64,000 bases of DNA, from assembly GCF_021869535.1 (NCBI RefSeq), contig NW_026262679.1:58776001-58840000 (forward strand). The letters are read 5' to 3'. The translations under genes were made by a program, and so were the position numbers. Shown here piece after piece: positions 49,169-63,146 of this stretch; within the stretch, counting starts at the first letter, position 1, and every line of letters starts with the position of its first letter. The DNA is from Mytilus californianus. Lineage: Eukaryota. The notes beneath the pieces are model-generated. The model was given only the letters and a program-made list of their open reading frames with translations, was not told the origin of the DNA and made no database searches.

Positions 49169-50960
49169 AAGCTAGGTTCACACTGCCAATCAGATCAACT
49201 CGATGATCCCGATTGTCTAAATTTGCAAGACCAAGCGTAACCAAATTCTCGATCGGGCCTGTTTACGACTTCTACCTGGCCGCTATCCGACTGTACACGA
49301 CTTTAACTCGACAATTTACAACTCCTTTTAAATGACTCCATCACGACTCCAACCCGACCATTAATTGTATACATATTCGATTATTCCGACCAGTTCACGA
49401 TCGCTATACACGATCTTTACTCGACTAGTTAGACCAAATCAATTATACTCGATCTCAGCCCGATCTCGATCAGACCAGATAGACCTGACTGTTACCCTTG
49501 TCTGTCCGTATAAAATACATACGTACGTCCCAACAAATAGTTTCCGTTCTCTAACTTAATTGTATACAATATGCTTATTACCATAAAAAAAACAGATCAA
49601 GTGCGAATTTGGGTGGCGTCACTTTTACCGTTCTTGAGTAATGACCTTTTATAACGTTATATGCAAGCCGGGGCATTATATATGTCCCACGAACACATTC
49701 TCCATTTAGTTGGTTAGATTCAGTAGTTCACAGAATGTAAAGTAACACAATTAATATATCTACATGGAAATAAAGCAGTTGGGTTTGTGGGCAAGGTAGT
49801 AAGAGCTCAAGAGAGACAGGTTAATAGCTGTTACGGAGCTTGAAGAGATCGTAGAAGACGAACAAGAAGGCATAAACAGCAATCGGTGCCGAGAAATCTA
49901 GGTGAGGTAGAAGCTGACACGGCGAAAACACCGTGCATGTATTTGATAAAGCATATTGCAAAAAGTGGGGAAAGATGTCACGTATATATTTCCCAAAAAT
50001 TTTGTCAAAAGTAAAATTTCAATGCCCTGAAGTGATACATTTGGAACCTTGTCTGAAACTGTATACATATATCTATCGAGAGATCAAATAAAAATCATTT
50101 GTAAAATTGAGTCAAAAAGTTCATATGAAAAAAGTGTTTGTAAACAATTGGCCGTACGGTGACTTATAGTTGTTAATTTCTGTGTCATTTGGTGCTTTGT
50201 GGAGAGTTGGCAATTATACCACATCTTCTTATTTTTATACTACAAAAATTTCTGGCCAAAATGAAAGATCTACTTCCGTTCCAGAGCACCTGAGATCATC
50301 CCAGTTTTTTGTTGGGTTTCGTGGCGCTAAGTTTTTAGTTTTCTATGTTGTGTTATGTGGACTGTTGTTAGTCTTCTCGTCGGTTTTCCTTTGTTCGCCA
50401 TGGCTGTGTCGGTTTGTTTTCGACCTTTGAGTTTGATTGTTACTTTGGTATCTTTCGCCTATCTTTTAAAATTGTAACCCTCCTTTCAAAAGTACAGAAA
50501 AGTACTGTACATGGAAGAATTTTTGCGGAGTTAATCTTTTGTACAGTTAAAAATAAACAGTGACAATATGTTTTTGCGGAAGTTATGAGAGTTAATCAGA
50601 TCTGCACTCTTTCGGAGAATCATGTAACATACATGTGTATTCGTGTATGGCCGAGTAGAGATCGAAGAGTGGTCGAATGTGGTTACGTAGGGATCGGGTA
50701 TTTGTCGAGTTGGTCTGGGATAAAAAAAAAAAGAAATAATAGAAGTCGTAGTGATCTGGAAGCCATCGGGCATTGGTCGAGTAAATCTATACCAAATATC
50801 AAACAGGTTGGCGTTGATCGGGAAATGATAGGATATTAGTCGAGCAAAGGTCGAGTTGATTGAGTACTGATCGGTAAAATATTTGTATTCCAAACTCGAT
50901 CTTTACACAACCATTTCCAGATCAATTCGACCGCTACTCGACGAATTCCCGATCTCTTCT
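49169..50960. mobile_element. Possible Harbinger-type non-autonomous element, degenerate, with an internal repeat insertion
   Basis: TAA|GCTAGGTTCACACTG start; GC-richer cgatc/ctcga-rich blocks at 49170-49500 and 50640-50960 in roughly opposite orientation; right TIR not found. Confidence 0.35.
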
Positions 50961-53900
50961 CGAGTGAATGAGGAATAAAAAATTAATGCAAAACAATTGT
51001 GAGATGATATAATTTTAGCCCCAAATATTTTGTCCATTAATTTGCATTAAGATTTTAGGGTAAATGTGCTATGAAGTATATTCGTAAAGGTTTTCACAAT
51101 GTCAGAGGGTTTTTTTCAGTCGTTAGTGATTTAGATATTAGTTATGAATTGGCATACACAATTATACACGAAAACTTCGGGATATATATGGTTTCTATAA
51201 TTTAAACTGTATGTAAAGCTGTTTAATTCAACTTGGCCAATTAAGTTGAATTTGGTTTTGAAATGGTGATATATGACAGCTAAACATTTTCTAGATGAAA
51301 ATTTAATATTTAAGCAACAAAGAAGTCTAATATTGGTGAAGCTAATTTTGACTTAACTTTGCCTAAATGCATAGTGCCGATCGGAGATTTAATGCAATAC
51401 ATAATTAGTTGACACTGATTGTTTCGTCGTCTTACGACAGTTCTTCTGCTCATTCTTTACATTTGAAAATAAACTTTTCAAACGTAGCTGTCTCTATTAA
51501 TTAGTAAGCATTAATTTTGTACGATTTATCTATATATATCCTTATGCATAACAGAGATTTTTTTATTTTTGGTTATTTATTTGCAATACATTCTTATTTA
51601 TGATGCACACTGTTTCCCAATGAAATTTTGTTTTGAAAGTAGAAATCTAATTTATAAAAAGGATGATGTGTGAAAATACGAGGAATTGTACCACTATTAA
51701 TACAATTTCGCTGAGAAACTCATTCGTTTTTTAATGGTCGCCAAAAAACACCGCTAGCAAAATCGAAAAAGGAAAATTAATGTAACTGGAACAGATTACG
51801 AAAAAAATCAGGCGTAAAAGCCCCGTACGAGCAGACATTCAAACTCGGATAGAAAATAGTTGTTTGGCATGGAATGAAGAAAAGAAAGTTTAATTTGGTT
51901 ATTTGCCCGAAAAACTTTCCCTGTGTTAAATAAAGTGTAAACAGTCTCTGAAATGTATTGGACTGTACAGAAGAAATCCTATATAGCTATGAAACTATTT
52001 TGCTAGCTTTGGATTCGTATATGCGCAGTCTTAACAGGACAGCAACATCGGAATGAGGAGAAAGTTAACAAAGGCTTGAAATACATGTGCACTTGGTTAG
52101 GACGAAATGAAATTAAATAATTCAGATCTAGTTTTTTCAAATTATTTTCTCGAAATTTACAAACAAATAAATCATCAAAATAAATGCGTGGCTCCGCAAT
52201 AAGAGATGATCTGCGTTCTGATGAAAGTAAATCCAGAAAAGCGCTTCGAACGCAAAACAAAATTAATTATTAAGAGATATTTTCATTAACCTATATTATT
52301 CAAACGAAAGAAACAAACTGAAAAAAAACCAGCGATATCTTAAAATCATTTAGATCTTATATTCATTCGCTTGGATATTAGGGGATGGGTGTGTTTTTGG
52401 TGTTTTGAGTTGGACATAATGTACAAGTATAGATTATGAAAATTGTTAACGTACCATTTCACAAAGTGGGGGGACACAACGACTGAAAGACGATTATCAA
52501 AGTTGCCTTTTTTGGGAGAGGCATATTGTTCACATAGGCGTAAGGAAAAGCCCTAGGGTACTCGCAGTCTTATAAGGAGTTTTTATAACAAGTATACAAG
52601 TATGTATGTGAAAAAGGTGTTCAAAGTGTTGTTAATTTTGTGTGTGAATAAATGGATATGTGAGATATATAATGCAAGATTGGCGGGTATATTTTTTTAA
52701 TGCAAATTTGTAGTTTTAGTTAACATTCGTTGGTTCCTTGAAATAGAAGGCTGATAGGTATATTTAGTATAGCAAGTATTAGATCTTTCAAATTATAACA
52801 GCACATGTTCACAACAATAGCCAGATTTTAATTATCACAGTAGCATATTTAGTACACATTTGTTAAAGTCTAAAATTCTTGAATTTCGGGAGAAAACTGA
52901 AACCATTATGAAATCAGGAGTTGTGGTATGATTGCCAATAAGACAAGTTCCACCAAAGACCAAATGATGTAGATGTTAGCTTGCTTACATTGCTACAAAT
53001 TACCTTTCAACTATGAACTACTGCATATATTCAAAAAATTATTTTGTCACCAAATGCTTTATAAAATAGAACATCATCATATATACGCTAATATACATTT
53101 TGCTCCCACGAAAAAATGACAGTTTTTCGACCGTCCATCCATTACTTGGTATAAGGTTTATACGACTAATTTCTTAGGACTACAGTTTTTAAAAACTTTA
53201 TTTTTTAAATTAGTTTCTTAATGTTACTGCATATACTTAAGGTGTGCATTTCGTCAGGATTATTTTTCTAAATGACAGGTTGTTGAATATGGCATTTTGA
53301 TAATAAATAAAGGCACGCAGAGTACAGACTCCGGTTTATTCCTCCCGAATGTATAATTTCAAGCTGGAACTTTAATGTTGCGCAGAGTGTTTTACTTATA
53401 AAGATGGGTGCATATATAGATATTCTCAGGTTTATTTTTGGTCTAATTTTCCACGAATGACATGCAGAATGTTGAACTTTTTTTAAGAGAAATTTTGCAT
53501 ACAGTTTGGAAGGTTTGTCTGACTAACTACGCACACAGAATATATTATATTAATGCCTGTATCAATTCAGGAATATGACAGTTGTTTTCCATTCATTGTT
53601 GTGTTTGGGCTTTTTATCCTGCCAGTCGATAAGCATGAAATGGGCTTTTCGTTTTGAATTTTCCTTGGATTTGTTATTTTACATTTTCGAATGTGTATTT
53701 GATCAGGATATTTGTTTTCTGAATAATTTTCACACCAGAATGTTTAATATTTTTGACCGGTGCATACAATGTGTCCTAAAGACAAAACTGTTTCAAATTT
53801 TATTGTATCGTTCTGGGCATGAATGAAATATTTGCCAATGAACATTAAGCAACAATCAATCAATCAGTTTAAATTGTATTTCAACATCTCTGTTTACTGA

Positions 53901-54580
53901 AACAATTTTTTGGAGCACTTTATTCATGCATGGATGCAGCGGTGGCATCACCATCGACAAGTATGGTAAAATAAATATGATATTTTTCATAATTTTAACT
54001 AGATATGAAAATTTAGATATTATTTGAATAACTGTAATTTGAATTCACGTGAATTTCACGCGTACAAAGTTCTTGTGATTTATACATGAAATTATCATAA
54101 AGTTCACGTGGAAATCAGTTCAAGTGAGTTTCACGTTTAAGCTCGTTTGAGGTGAAATTAGTGTGAATTTCACACGATAGTGAAATATCCCTGTGTAGGA
54201 CGAAATAAATTAAATCAATAGAAATTTATATTTAATAACTATAAAATTTACGAAAAATAACAGGCGAAATAAAATAAAATAAACACCTGTCAGATCCCGA
54301 CACATATTTTTTTTTCAAAACCTCAGCGGCTGAGTAAAGAATAACGTTTAATTTTTTTCTATATTCAATAACGTCACTGATACACGTTTTCGGTCAAATT
54401 CTAAACGGATTGATTGATCAACTTTGAAGCAATTTATCTAAAAAAAACAAGGGATGGTGACATTAGTATTTTTATACATGCATGCAATAACATGTAGTAT
54501 ACAATTCAGGATATTATGTCAGTCTTATTTCTCCATATATAAGAAAATAGCCATGATACATTAAAAAATCTAAATAGATA

Positions 54581-56129
54581 CAGTGGAGATCACTTCTAAC
54601 CTCTCATCAAATCTGTCAGGAGAACTGTTCTAGGACAGTATGTAGAACTGTCACCCTGACACCTTTTAGACAGTTCTAGCTAGAACAGTTCTGATCTAGA
54701 ACTGATTTGGTCAGTTCTACCTAGAACTGATTTAGACAGTTCTACCTAGAACTGATCCTGACAGTTCTACTCTAGAACCGTTTTAGACAGTTCTACCTAG
54801 AACTGACCAAATCTTTGGTCAGTTCTACGACTAGAACAGTTCTACGGCTAGAACAGTTCTACGACTAGAATAGTTCTACGATTAGAACTGATTTGGTCAG
54901 TTCTACGACTAGAATTGATTTAGTCAGTTCTATCCATAGAACAGTTTTAAGAACTCTCTGTCTTAAATATAAATAAGTCAAAAGAATATAATATATATTA
55001 AAAATTTCTCATTTTGCGTGTGTCTTTATTAACGATAATAATAACACTGAATGGTGACCAGTGAGATGCCCTAAGTGTAGTGACGTCATTTAGAACTGTT
55101 CTACAATCATGACAGGTTTGGTCATTTCTACGGCTAGAACTGATTTGTTCAGTTCTGCTGACAGTTCATTGCATTTGCGACAATTTTTTTTTTACAAAAT
55201 CCAATCTTTCATTTGCGTCACAAGGTTATATTTCATTAAAAATATAAATCGTTTTATCGTGAATAAGATTTTTTTAGGGTATTCCCCCTTGATATCTAAG
55301 TAAGTTCATGCTCATTATTTTCTTATACATGAAACTGAGAGTCACTTAGATATAAAAATATAAATATAAAATAAGTCTGTAATTTTTTTATTTTGACCAC
55401 ACATATAGTTTATCCAGTGTACATGAGTACATTCGGGCCGTTGCTTACAAGTCTTGTGTCAGAACGAACTTTTGGTCTTACTCCAGTGTATAGTGCTTCC
55501 TTTTGGGTTTGATGATCTCGTTAATTTATAACAGAATTGTATTATGAAATATCTGTTATCAAGAACGTATCCGTGTATATTGCTTTCATTATGGTTACGA
55601 TGACTGATTTCGGAGAAATATATTTTATGATGCAATCAAAAATTGTGTTTTGAGGTTATTATGAAAAGTCTCCTTTAAATATAACTATTTGTTTTACTAA
55701 TTACCTGTATTAACCTGTATCATTGGCGCAAATGAAAAGGTTTATTTTAGCGCAAATGAAATATGGTTTGTGGCGCAAATGAAAGATTATTTTAGCGCAA
55801 ATGAAATGCCAATTGGCGCAAAAGTAAAGCTCCGGACAGTTCTATGGTTAGAACTGATTTGTTCAGTTCTGCTGACAGTTCTACGACTAGAACTGATTTG
55901 GACAGTTCTACCTAGAACAGTTTTAGACAGTTCTACCCTAGAAATGATCCTGACAGTTCTACCTAGAACTGATTTGGTCAGTTCTACCTAGAACTGATTC
56001 TGACAGTTCTACTTAGAACAGTTCTAGGGTAGAACTTTTCTAGGTAGAACTGTTCTATGACAGTTTAGAACAGTTCTATAACAGATTATTCTGACAGTTC
56101 TAATGAGAGGTTAGAAGTGGTCTCCACTG
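54581..56129. mobile_element. 1549-bp TA-flanked TIR element with internal tagaactg...cagttcta minisatellites
   Basis: TA|CAGTGGAGA(T/C)CACTTCTAACCTCTCAT 27-bp TIRs (1 mismatch) ...CACTG|TA; arrays at ~54640-54950 and ~55835-56100. Confidence 0.85.
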
Positions 56130-57834
56130 TAAGTCGAAAAAGGCTTTTTCCTTATTATATCCATGTAAGTTCACGAAGGTTTAACATTGGCCGTAAGATT
56201 TTGATGGGTTTTTTTTTTCAATCAGGCCATAATACTACACAGATCACATAGAAATAGTCATGATATTACTTTTATTACAAAATAACTTCAATTTGGCAGA
56301 TCATATTACATATGACGAAGTATTGACTCTTTAAGTATTCTTTATTTGATTTGGTCAATAATTCTTAACATGTTTTTGCATAATTTACTTTGGCCACCAT
56401 ACAAATTCAGAAAGTTTTGTGTCTAGGGATTCAATATCATCATTGGCAACAATTGGTTACAGAACATTTTGAATCCTAGGTTGCAGCCAAGGGTTTTCTC
56501 AAGCTTATAGGTCCGGAATTTTCCGAAATTCACAAAATCATCCTATTTTGACAAAATATAAAAAATGTGCTGATTTTGAAGCAAAGAGTGCACTCTTATG
56601 AAGAGATTTCTTTTACCAAGAAAGTAAATCTTTTAAAAACAGATCCATTTAAGATTTTGAAATTTTACGATAAAGCTGAAATTCAGGGCTATATTTGGCC
56701 TAAAGTGATCATTGTCCTATGCCACCAAAATTGAATTTTTCCTATGAAAATTACAAGAAAACAAAAATTGTGACCCCCATTTTGTATTTCATATTCCAAA
56801 ATAACTCGGATCAAATTCAAAGTGTGCAAAATATTTTAGAAATAGGGAGATATGCCATTCGGTATCGTGTTACTTGTGCCATAAAATGTATTGTAAACTC
56901 CCGTGGCACATTCCATGCATCTATTTTATTACCATCCAATGTTTTTTGGTTTATAATATATCTTAACCATTTCCAAAGAAACATTTTATTCTCATAATTC
57001 TGTGAGCATTCTTTTTAGACTTTTCTGCATGTATCATTAGAAACAATGGTATATGTCATTTAGACAGCAATCCAACGACACGAATAACTACTAGACTCTT
57101 ATAGGTCACAGTATATGGTTTTAGTTTTTATATCATCACATGAAGGATTCTGGGTTCATGTGATAGTAAAATGTGTTTTACCTAAACAAAAAACCGCTTC
57201 ATAAAAAGTCAAGTGATACATTTTCAAGAAAAAAGCTAACGGTATTCATAAATTTTCTGAAAAATGTATTCTAGTTTAACCCAACCACATTCTGTATCTG
57301 CCTCTCCCAAGTCAGGAGCTTGTAATTCAGTGGTTGTCTTTAAATTTGTTGCTGTTACATAATTGTTTTTCGTTCATTATTTTGTACATAAATTAGGTCG
57401 TCAGTTTTCTCGTTTGAACTTTTTTACATTTGTCATTTCGAGGCCTTTTATAGGTGACTATGCGGTATGGGCTTTTCTCATTGTTGAAGGCCTTACGGTG
57501 ACCTATTATAATAGTTGTTAATTTCTGTGTCATTTGGTATCTTGTGAAAGCGTTAAAGATGCTTAATAAGCCAAACACAACCAGTGCATAATATTTTTTT
57601 CAATGTTTTATAAAGAGAATGAAAAAAAAAAAAACAATAAATCACGAATCGATCTAGAAATTATGATATTTAAGAATAAAGAGGTAGAAATTGTAAATTC
57701 CATCACCAGGAAAGCGTCTACCGCGTTGTTTTGTCGGCGTAAATATAAAAAAGGAGGTGAGGGCGGGAGAAGATGGGAATCTGAGAGGTAAATTAATCCA
57801 TTCTTTGGTGATTAATTCACGCAAAGCAATACGT

Positions 57835-58341
57835 TTTGTCATAAATAAAATAAAGATTGCTGACGTGCAATATAGTGCTATGTGCTATGATATTGCCACG
57901 TGCTCAACGCTCGAAACAAGTGGGCGTTCGTCAAACAATTCTTTAAGTTGGGTGGGAATAATTGACCAACATGGGAGGAGTCAGCAGTTCAAATTACTGT
58001 TGAAACAGGTTAAGCGATAAACTTCCTCTATCAATCACTTACTTATTTCTAATAATTAGTTGTTTTGTTCATAGACGATAAATTAGAAGTGATTAACAAT
58101 AAAAAATAGCGGTTAACCGATAAATTAATAGCGATTAACCGATAAAAATAGCGGTTAACCGATAAAAAAGGCGGTTAACCGATAAAATTAGCGGTTAACC
58201 GACAAATATATAGCGGTTAATCGATAAAAATAGCGATTAACCGACATTAAATAGCGGTTAACCGATAAAAATAGCGGTTAACCGGTATATAAATAGCGGT
58301 TAACCGATAAAAATACCTTTTGAACCAAATGGTACACCATA
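57835..58341 (-). repeat. Right arm of the long inverted repeat with the 17-bp tandem array
   Basis: Reverse complement of 34127-34575; followed by GTATAA, which also precedes the left arm. Confidence 0.85.
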
Positions 58342-58389
58342 GTATAAGGAAGACAACTTGTAATACACCATATCGCTATTTGTCCACCA

Positions 58390-58560
58390 TTACTTGGCAT
58401 CACAAAAGTTCCCGTAAAATTTTGGCGTCACAATAGAAAATGTCTGACGCCACAAAGGAAAAGTGACTGTTGTACGACGTCAATAGTTCAAGTGTCACAG
58501 ATTCTCAGGTCACTGAGTGTCACAGATTCTCAGGTCAAGTGTCGCAGATTCCCAAATAGC
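58390..58560 (+). repeat. Dispersed repeat (second copy ~62075-62225) with a 24-bp gtgtcacagattctcaggtc triplication
   Basis: Direct sequence similarity between the two loci. Confidence 0.65.
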
Positions 58561-59096
58561 GATAAGGTCTATCTACAAGTCGCACAGGTAAACAATATGG
58601 CGACTGACAAGGAAAATTGAGATTTTCGAAACGACCACGGACTAATACTGTCGACGATGAATTGAAACAAGTAATAGCTTTTCTAAAAAGCTTGCCGTAT
58701 TTTAGCTGCTTATACATGTATTGAGATCGATGGTTTGTGGGTATAGGGTTTTTTATTGGAATCTTGCACTCCAAGCATTAGAATATATAGTGTCTTTTTT
58801 CTCCTGGTTTTTGATTTTAGTTGTAGTATTGGTGAATCCGGGTTATGATTGAAGGAGGCTTGGTAGTCACATATGATAATATATATATATATGGTTTGTA
58901 ATAGCTAAAGAAACGATACAAACACTTTTTGGATTGTTTTGTGGAATATGATTGTTTACTCTTTATGACAATGCAAGTAGTTTTAACATGCATACTGTGT
59001 CTTGACAGTTATGTAATAGTTAGCAAGGTTATAATCAAGTTGATAAGAAAAAACGTATTATTTTCTTTTGAGGATTACTGCTAGACAAAATGGACT

Positions 59097-59239
59097 ACAA
59101 GTGGCAGATCTAGAAATTTTCATAAGAGGGGGCCAGCTCCAGTCATGCTTCAGTGATTCACTACATGTATATGATCAACCAAAGTTTTCCCACGAAAGGG
59201 GGGGGGGGGTCCCTGAAAAACTCTCTAAATCCGCCTCTG
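59097..59239 (+). mobile_element. Short MITE (CAAGTGGCAGATCTAG...TAAATCCGCCTCTG)
   Basis: Imperfect TIRs of the CAGTGGCGGAT..ATCCGCC.CTG type. Confidence 0.45.
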
Positions 59240-62200
59240 ACTACTATAGTTGGCCGTTCGAATATGAGAATATTACATCTTATATGTATAGAAGATAGTG
59301 GTCTCTTTAGCCCAAATTAGAAGGGCGCCGCACCCTGGGTGCCCTTAACCACGCCCTGAGTGCCTTCAATTGCGCCCCTCTCTGACGCCTTTTTCCAAGC
59401 GGGGGAGAATAGCAAGTTTATTTCGCTTCTTTTGGTTAATAGTGATCTGATGTATGAATGTGTATTGCCATGTTTTATGAACATGTAGTATGAATGACTT
59501 TTCTAATGCAAATTTGATAGAGTAAATAATCAAAACAACAACTTATGCATCTTTATTAACAACATATACAGTAAAAAAAGGAAACTCGTGCTACACACAG
59601 AAACGTAGACAAAAGAAATGAGAAGTGCCTTTTCCTATCATAAAAAAGTGCCCTGCCCTAACTGGCACCCTGCCCCTTTCTATTTCTAGCTGCAGCACTT
59701 CAAGTGATGAATATCTCATCTGGCCTTTGTCTTAGAAGAAGCAATTAGTTTTGAAGGTACAGGTTAAGTGTTGTTATTACTAATTTCCAGATGTAGTATA
59801 ACTGTAAGAAGATGTTTTGTGGTAATGGATTTGGAATGAAATATTAGTTGGAAATAATTTTCTAGAACATGTTGTCAGCTGGCTTCTTATATTTTTCATT
59901 ATTTTGTTGCGGTTTGTAATCTTGACATTTTTTTTGTAAGTTCTATAGATGAGAGCTTCATATTGGTATTATCATTTAGTGCTTTACATGTATATTTGGT
60001 TGCATGTGTAAGCATATGCTTTTGTTAGTTGGAATATTTATATTTTCATTTCTGATGGCAACAAGTTCATGTAATACATATAGTCAGGATTATTAGTAAG
60101 CGACAGTTGTTTTGTTTGTTTATGTTTATTGTCATGATTGATATGGACTATATAACTTGCTGTTTGGTGTGAACCAAGGCTTCATGCTGAAGACCGTACT
60201 TCAACCTATAATGGTTTACTTTTACAAATTGTTACTTGGATGGAGAGTTGTCTGTGGTACTGATATGACATTCTGTTACATGTATATCTATCGACAAGAT
60301 TGAGAACACATTTTTTTTGTAATAAAACATATTTAATTCTATGGTATCATATTTAACAATTTATCCGTAATTTGTGCATTTTTCCTTTGATGTGTACTCT
60401 CTGATAATGTCAGTATCAGTTGACTGGTCGTGATATATAAATTATTGGGTCAGTTCGAAATTGACATGCTCAGGTGCGCTGTGTCAGGATCTTCTTTCCC
60501 CTTTCATTCACAAAATCATGCATGATTTTTTTTTTTTGCAGAATCGCAAGAGTGTTTTGGTGAATGAAACACTTCTCATATTGTTTGAAAGCTTCAGTAA
60601 AGTTAGTTTTGCCTTTTTGACAGATTGTGTGAAAATTCGAACAGAATATGAATAAAAAACCCAATAAACTTTAAAAAATTGCACCATTATTAATAGCTTT
60701 CCTTGCTTATTCACAATGATGTACAAAATGTATAAATATATCATCCATGCTATTCCGATCTGAGTTTTTATTCATACATAGTCTGGTGCGGTTCCAAGTA
60801 GTCTTCTTTTTCTGTTTCTTGAGAAGTATTTGTTTTACCTATTCAGTCACTTTAAAGTGTTACAATTAATATTTAGACGCAACACAGAATAGTGACCAAA
60901 AAGGTACTGCTATCATATGAGATGAGCTAGAAAAAAAAAAATGAAATGTACACATTATCAACATTTTTGTGGGACCATCAAGATGTGGTTTCATTGACTT
61001 TTTTGTCAATATATAGACAGATATTCATAGACCCAATAACAAATAAGAAACAAATTCAAAAGAAGATGTAGGATGAATTATAGAAAGAAGGGGTACCCGG
61101 AGGCCCGAAACTTGACAAAGTTTGCTTTGGAACAAGTAATATGTCTGCATTAGCAGTAAATGTAGGTTTTAAAAGGGGGACCCAGATCAACTTTCCCTAA
61201 ATCCTTTTATGAAATTAAAGGTAACCGCATATTTCTGGGCGCAGTTGAAAAATAAATGAACATGACTTTGAAAAAGGAAGAATATTAAGCTAAAAGAAAT
61301 AGACCAAATTTGGATGACATCTATTAAAATGTTTGAAATAATTATGAAGTTGACAAGAAATGAACTTGTTCAGATAATATACAGTCAGCCTACAGACTTG
61401 TTGCTTCCTGAAATGTCTGCTTACACTGCTTTCCTAAAATGATTTGTAATGTGATCGTTTTCATGATGAATGATGAGCAAACACAGATTATGCCATTGGT
61501 TTTCACGTTTGAATTGTTTTACATTGTTATTTCGGGGCCTTTTATAGCTGACTATGCAGTATGAGCTTTGTTCATAGTTGAAGGCCATAAGGTGACATAT
61601 AGTTGTTTATTTCTGTGTCATTTTGGTCTTTTTTGGAGAGTTGTCTCATTGGCAATCATACCAAATCTTCTTTTTTTATATTATAATGACAAGATAAATG
61701 TTATGTTACCCACCCAACTAAGTAAAATACATGTATATAACTTCTCGTTGAATTTCTAAAACAACGATAAATCTGCTGATTCATATCGTATCATTCAATG
61801 CTGTCAGATGCTATGTGAAAAATAAAGAAATTTATCTTAATGTATGCTTCCATTATATACGGCATTGTTATTCAGTTATGTCCAAAGCAGAACTTATGAA
61901 AGGCATGCAATAATTTACTTTCAATAGATGCATTTGAAAAATTTATTTTCGGCACTAGTAAAGCGACGTCTATGTTCATGATGTCATGTGATCATCTATA
62001 TATATAAGAATATTTCAATAGAGTTGATTTATTAAAGATGGCTTTGAATCCTACTTATTGCTATTTGTCTGCAATTACTGGCCATCACAAAGGTTCACGT
62101 AAAATTTTGACGTCATAATACAAAATATCTGACGCCACAATGGAAAAGTGATTGTTGTATGATGTCAATGGTTGAAGCGGGACAGATTCTCAGGTCAGCT

Positions 62201-62850
62201 GGGACAGAATTCCATAAAGCGATTATGTGTATGGTTATTATATATGGGTACTATGTTCAGGAGGATGAATTCTAATATATATACATTTACGTAAAATACC
62301 TGTTCGGTTTTGGATTAACATCCTGGATCTGGATTTCCTTATCAACCACCATCATTGTTAACGCATCCCAGTCATAAACTAGAGCCTTTACATAGTCAGT
62401 TCGATCTGCCAATATCACATATTACAAATACTTATACAAATACAGCCGATAGATTAAACTCAGCACCATTGTATATTGATGATTATACATACATGTATAG
62501 TATCAGCTCATTCAGATTTGAAAAGGTTAGCAAAATAGCACAATGTAGCAGCACCATCTGAAAATGGGAAACCTTGATTATCTCGAGCATGTGAATCAAA
62601 GCAAATAGTAATTATCCTCACAACGAAATATACTTATTGTACGTAAGACCTGATACATTGTATATTGTAATGTGAACAAATTAGAATTGGATTTATCTAT
62701 ATCAAACCTTTGTCAAATGCAGTTCTCAGTGCTGTTGATATATCAATTAACAATGATCATGACTGCTGAGCGCCATTGTGCTCATTGCTGCCTTTTTTAA
62801 TTTCATCTATCTATAGTCGTAGACGTCCAGCTAGAGTAGAGGGGTTATTA

Positions 62851-63146
62851 GGGAGCTACCATTTGATTTTTATGGGGGGCTAGGATGAAAAATTTTGTCC
62901 TGCTTTTTTTTTAGTTGTAATCTTTGTCCTGCCTTTTTATTTTTTACTCTATTCGGTCCTGCCTTTTTTTTTACTAGTTTATCCTGAATTTTTTTGCACA
63001 AATTGTCATCCTGCCTTTTTTTTTTACCAAGTTGCTCATCCTGCCTTTTTTTTTAACTCAAAACTCCTGTCCTGCCTATTTTTTTCAAATTTCATCCTAG
63101 CCCCCCCCCCCCCCCCCCCCCCCATAAAAATCATATGGTAGCTCCC
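62851..63146 (-). mobile_element. MITE, second copy of the 16178 family
   Basis: GGGAGCTACCAT...ATGGTAGCTCCC flanked by ATTA/TTAA (TTAA-type, Kolobok-like target). Confidence 0.8.

Noticed and set aside
34127-58341. Polinton/Maverick identity for the 24-kb, 6-bp-TSD structure
   Set aside because: Ends are not AG...CT, and there are no pPolB, integrase, ATPase or capsid ORFs.
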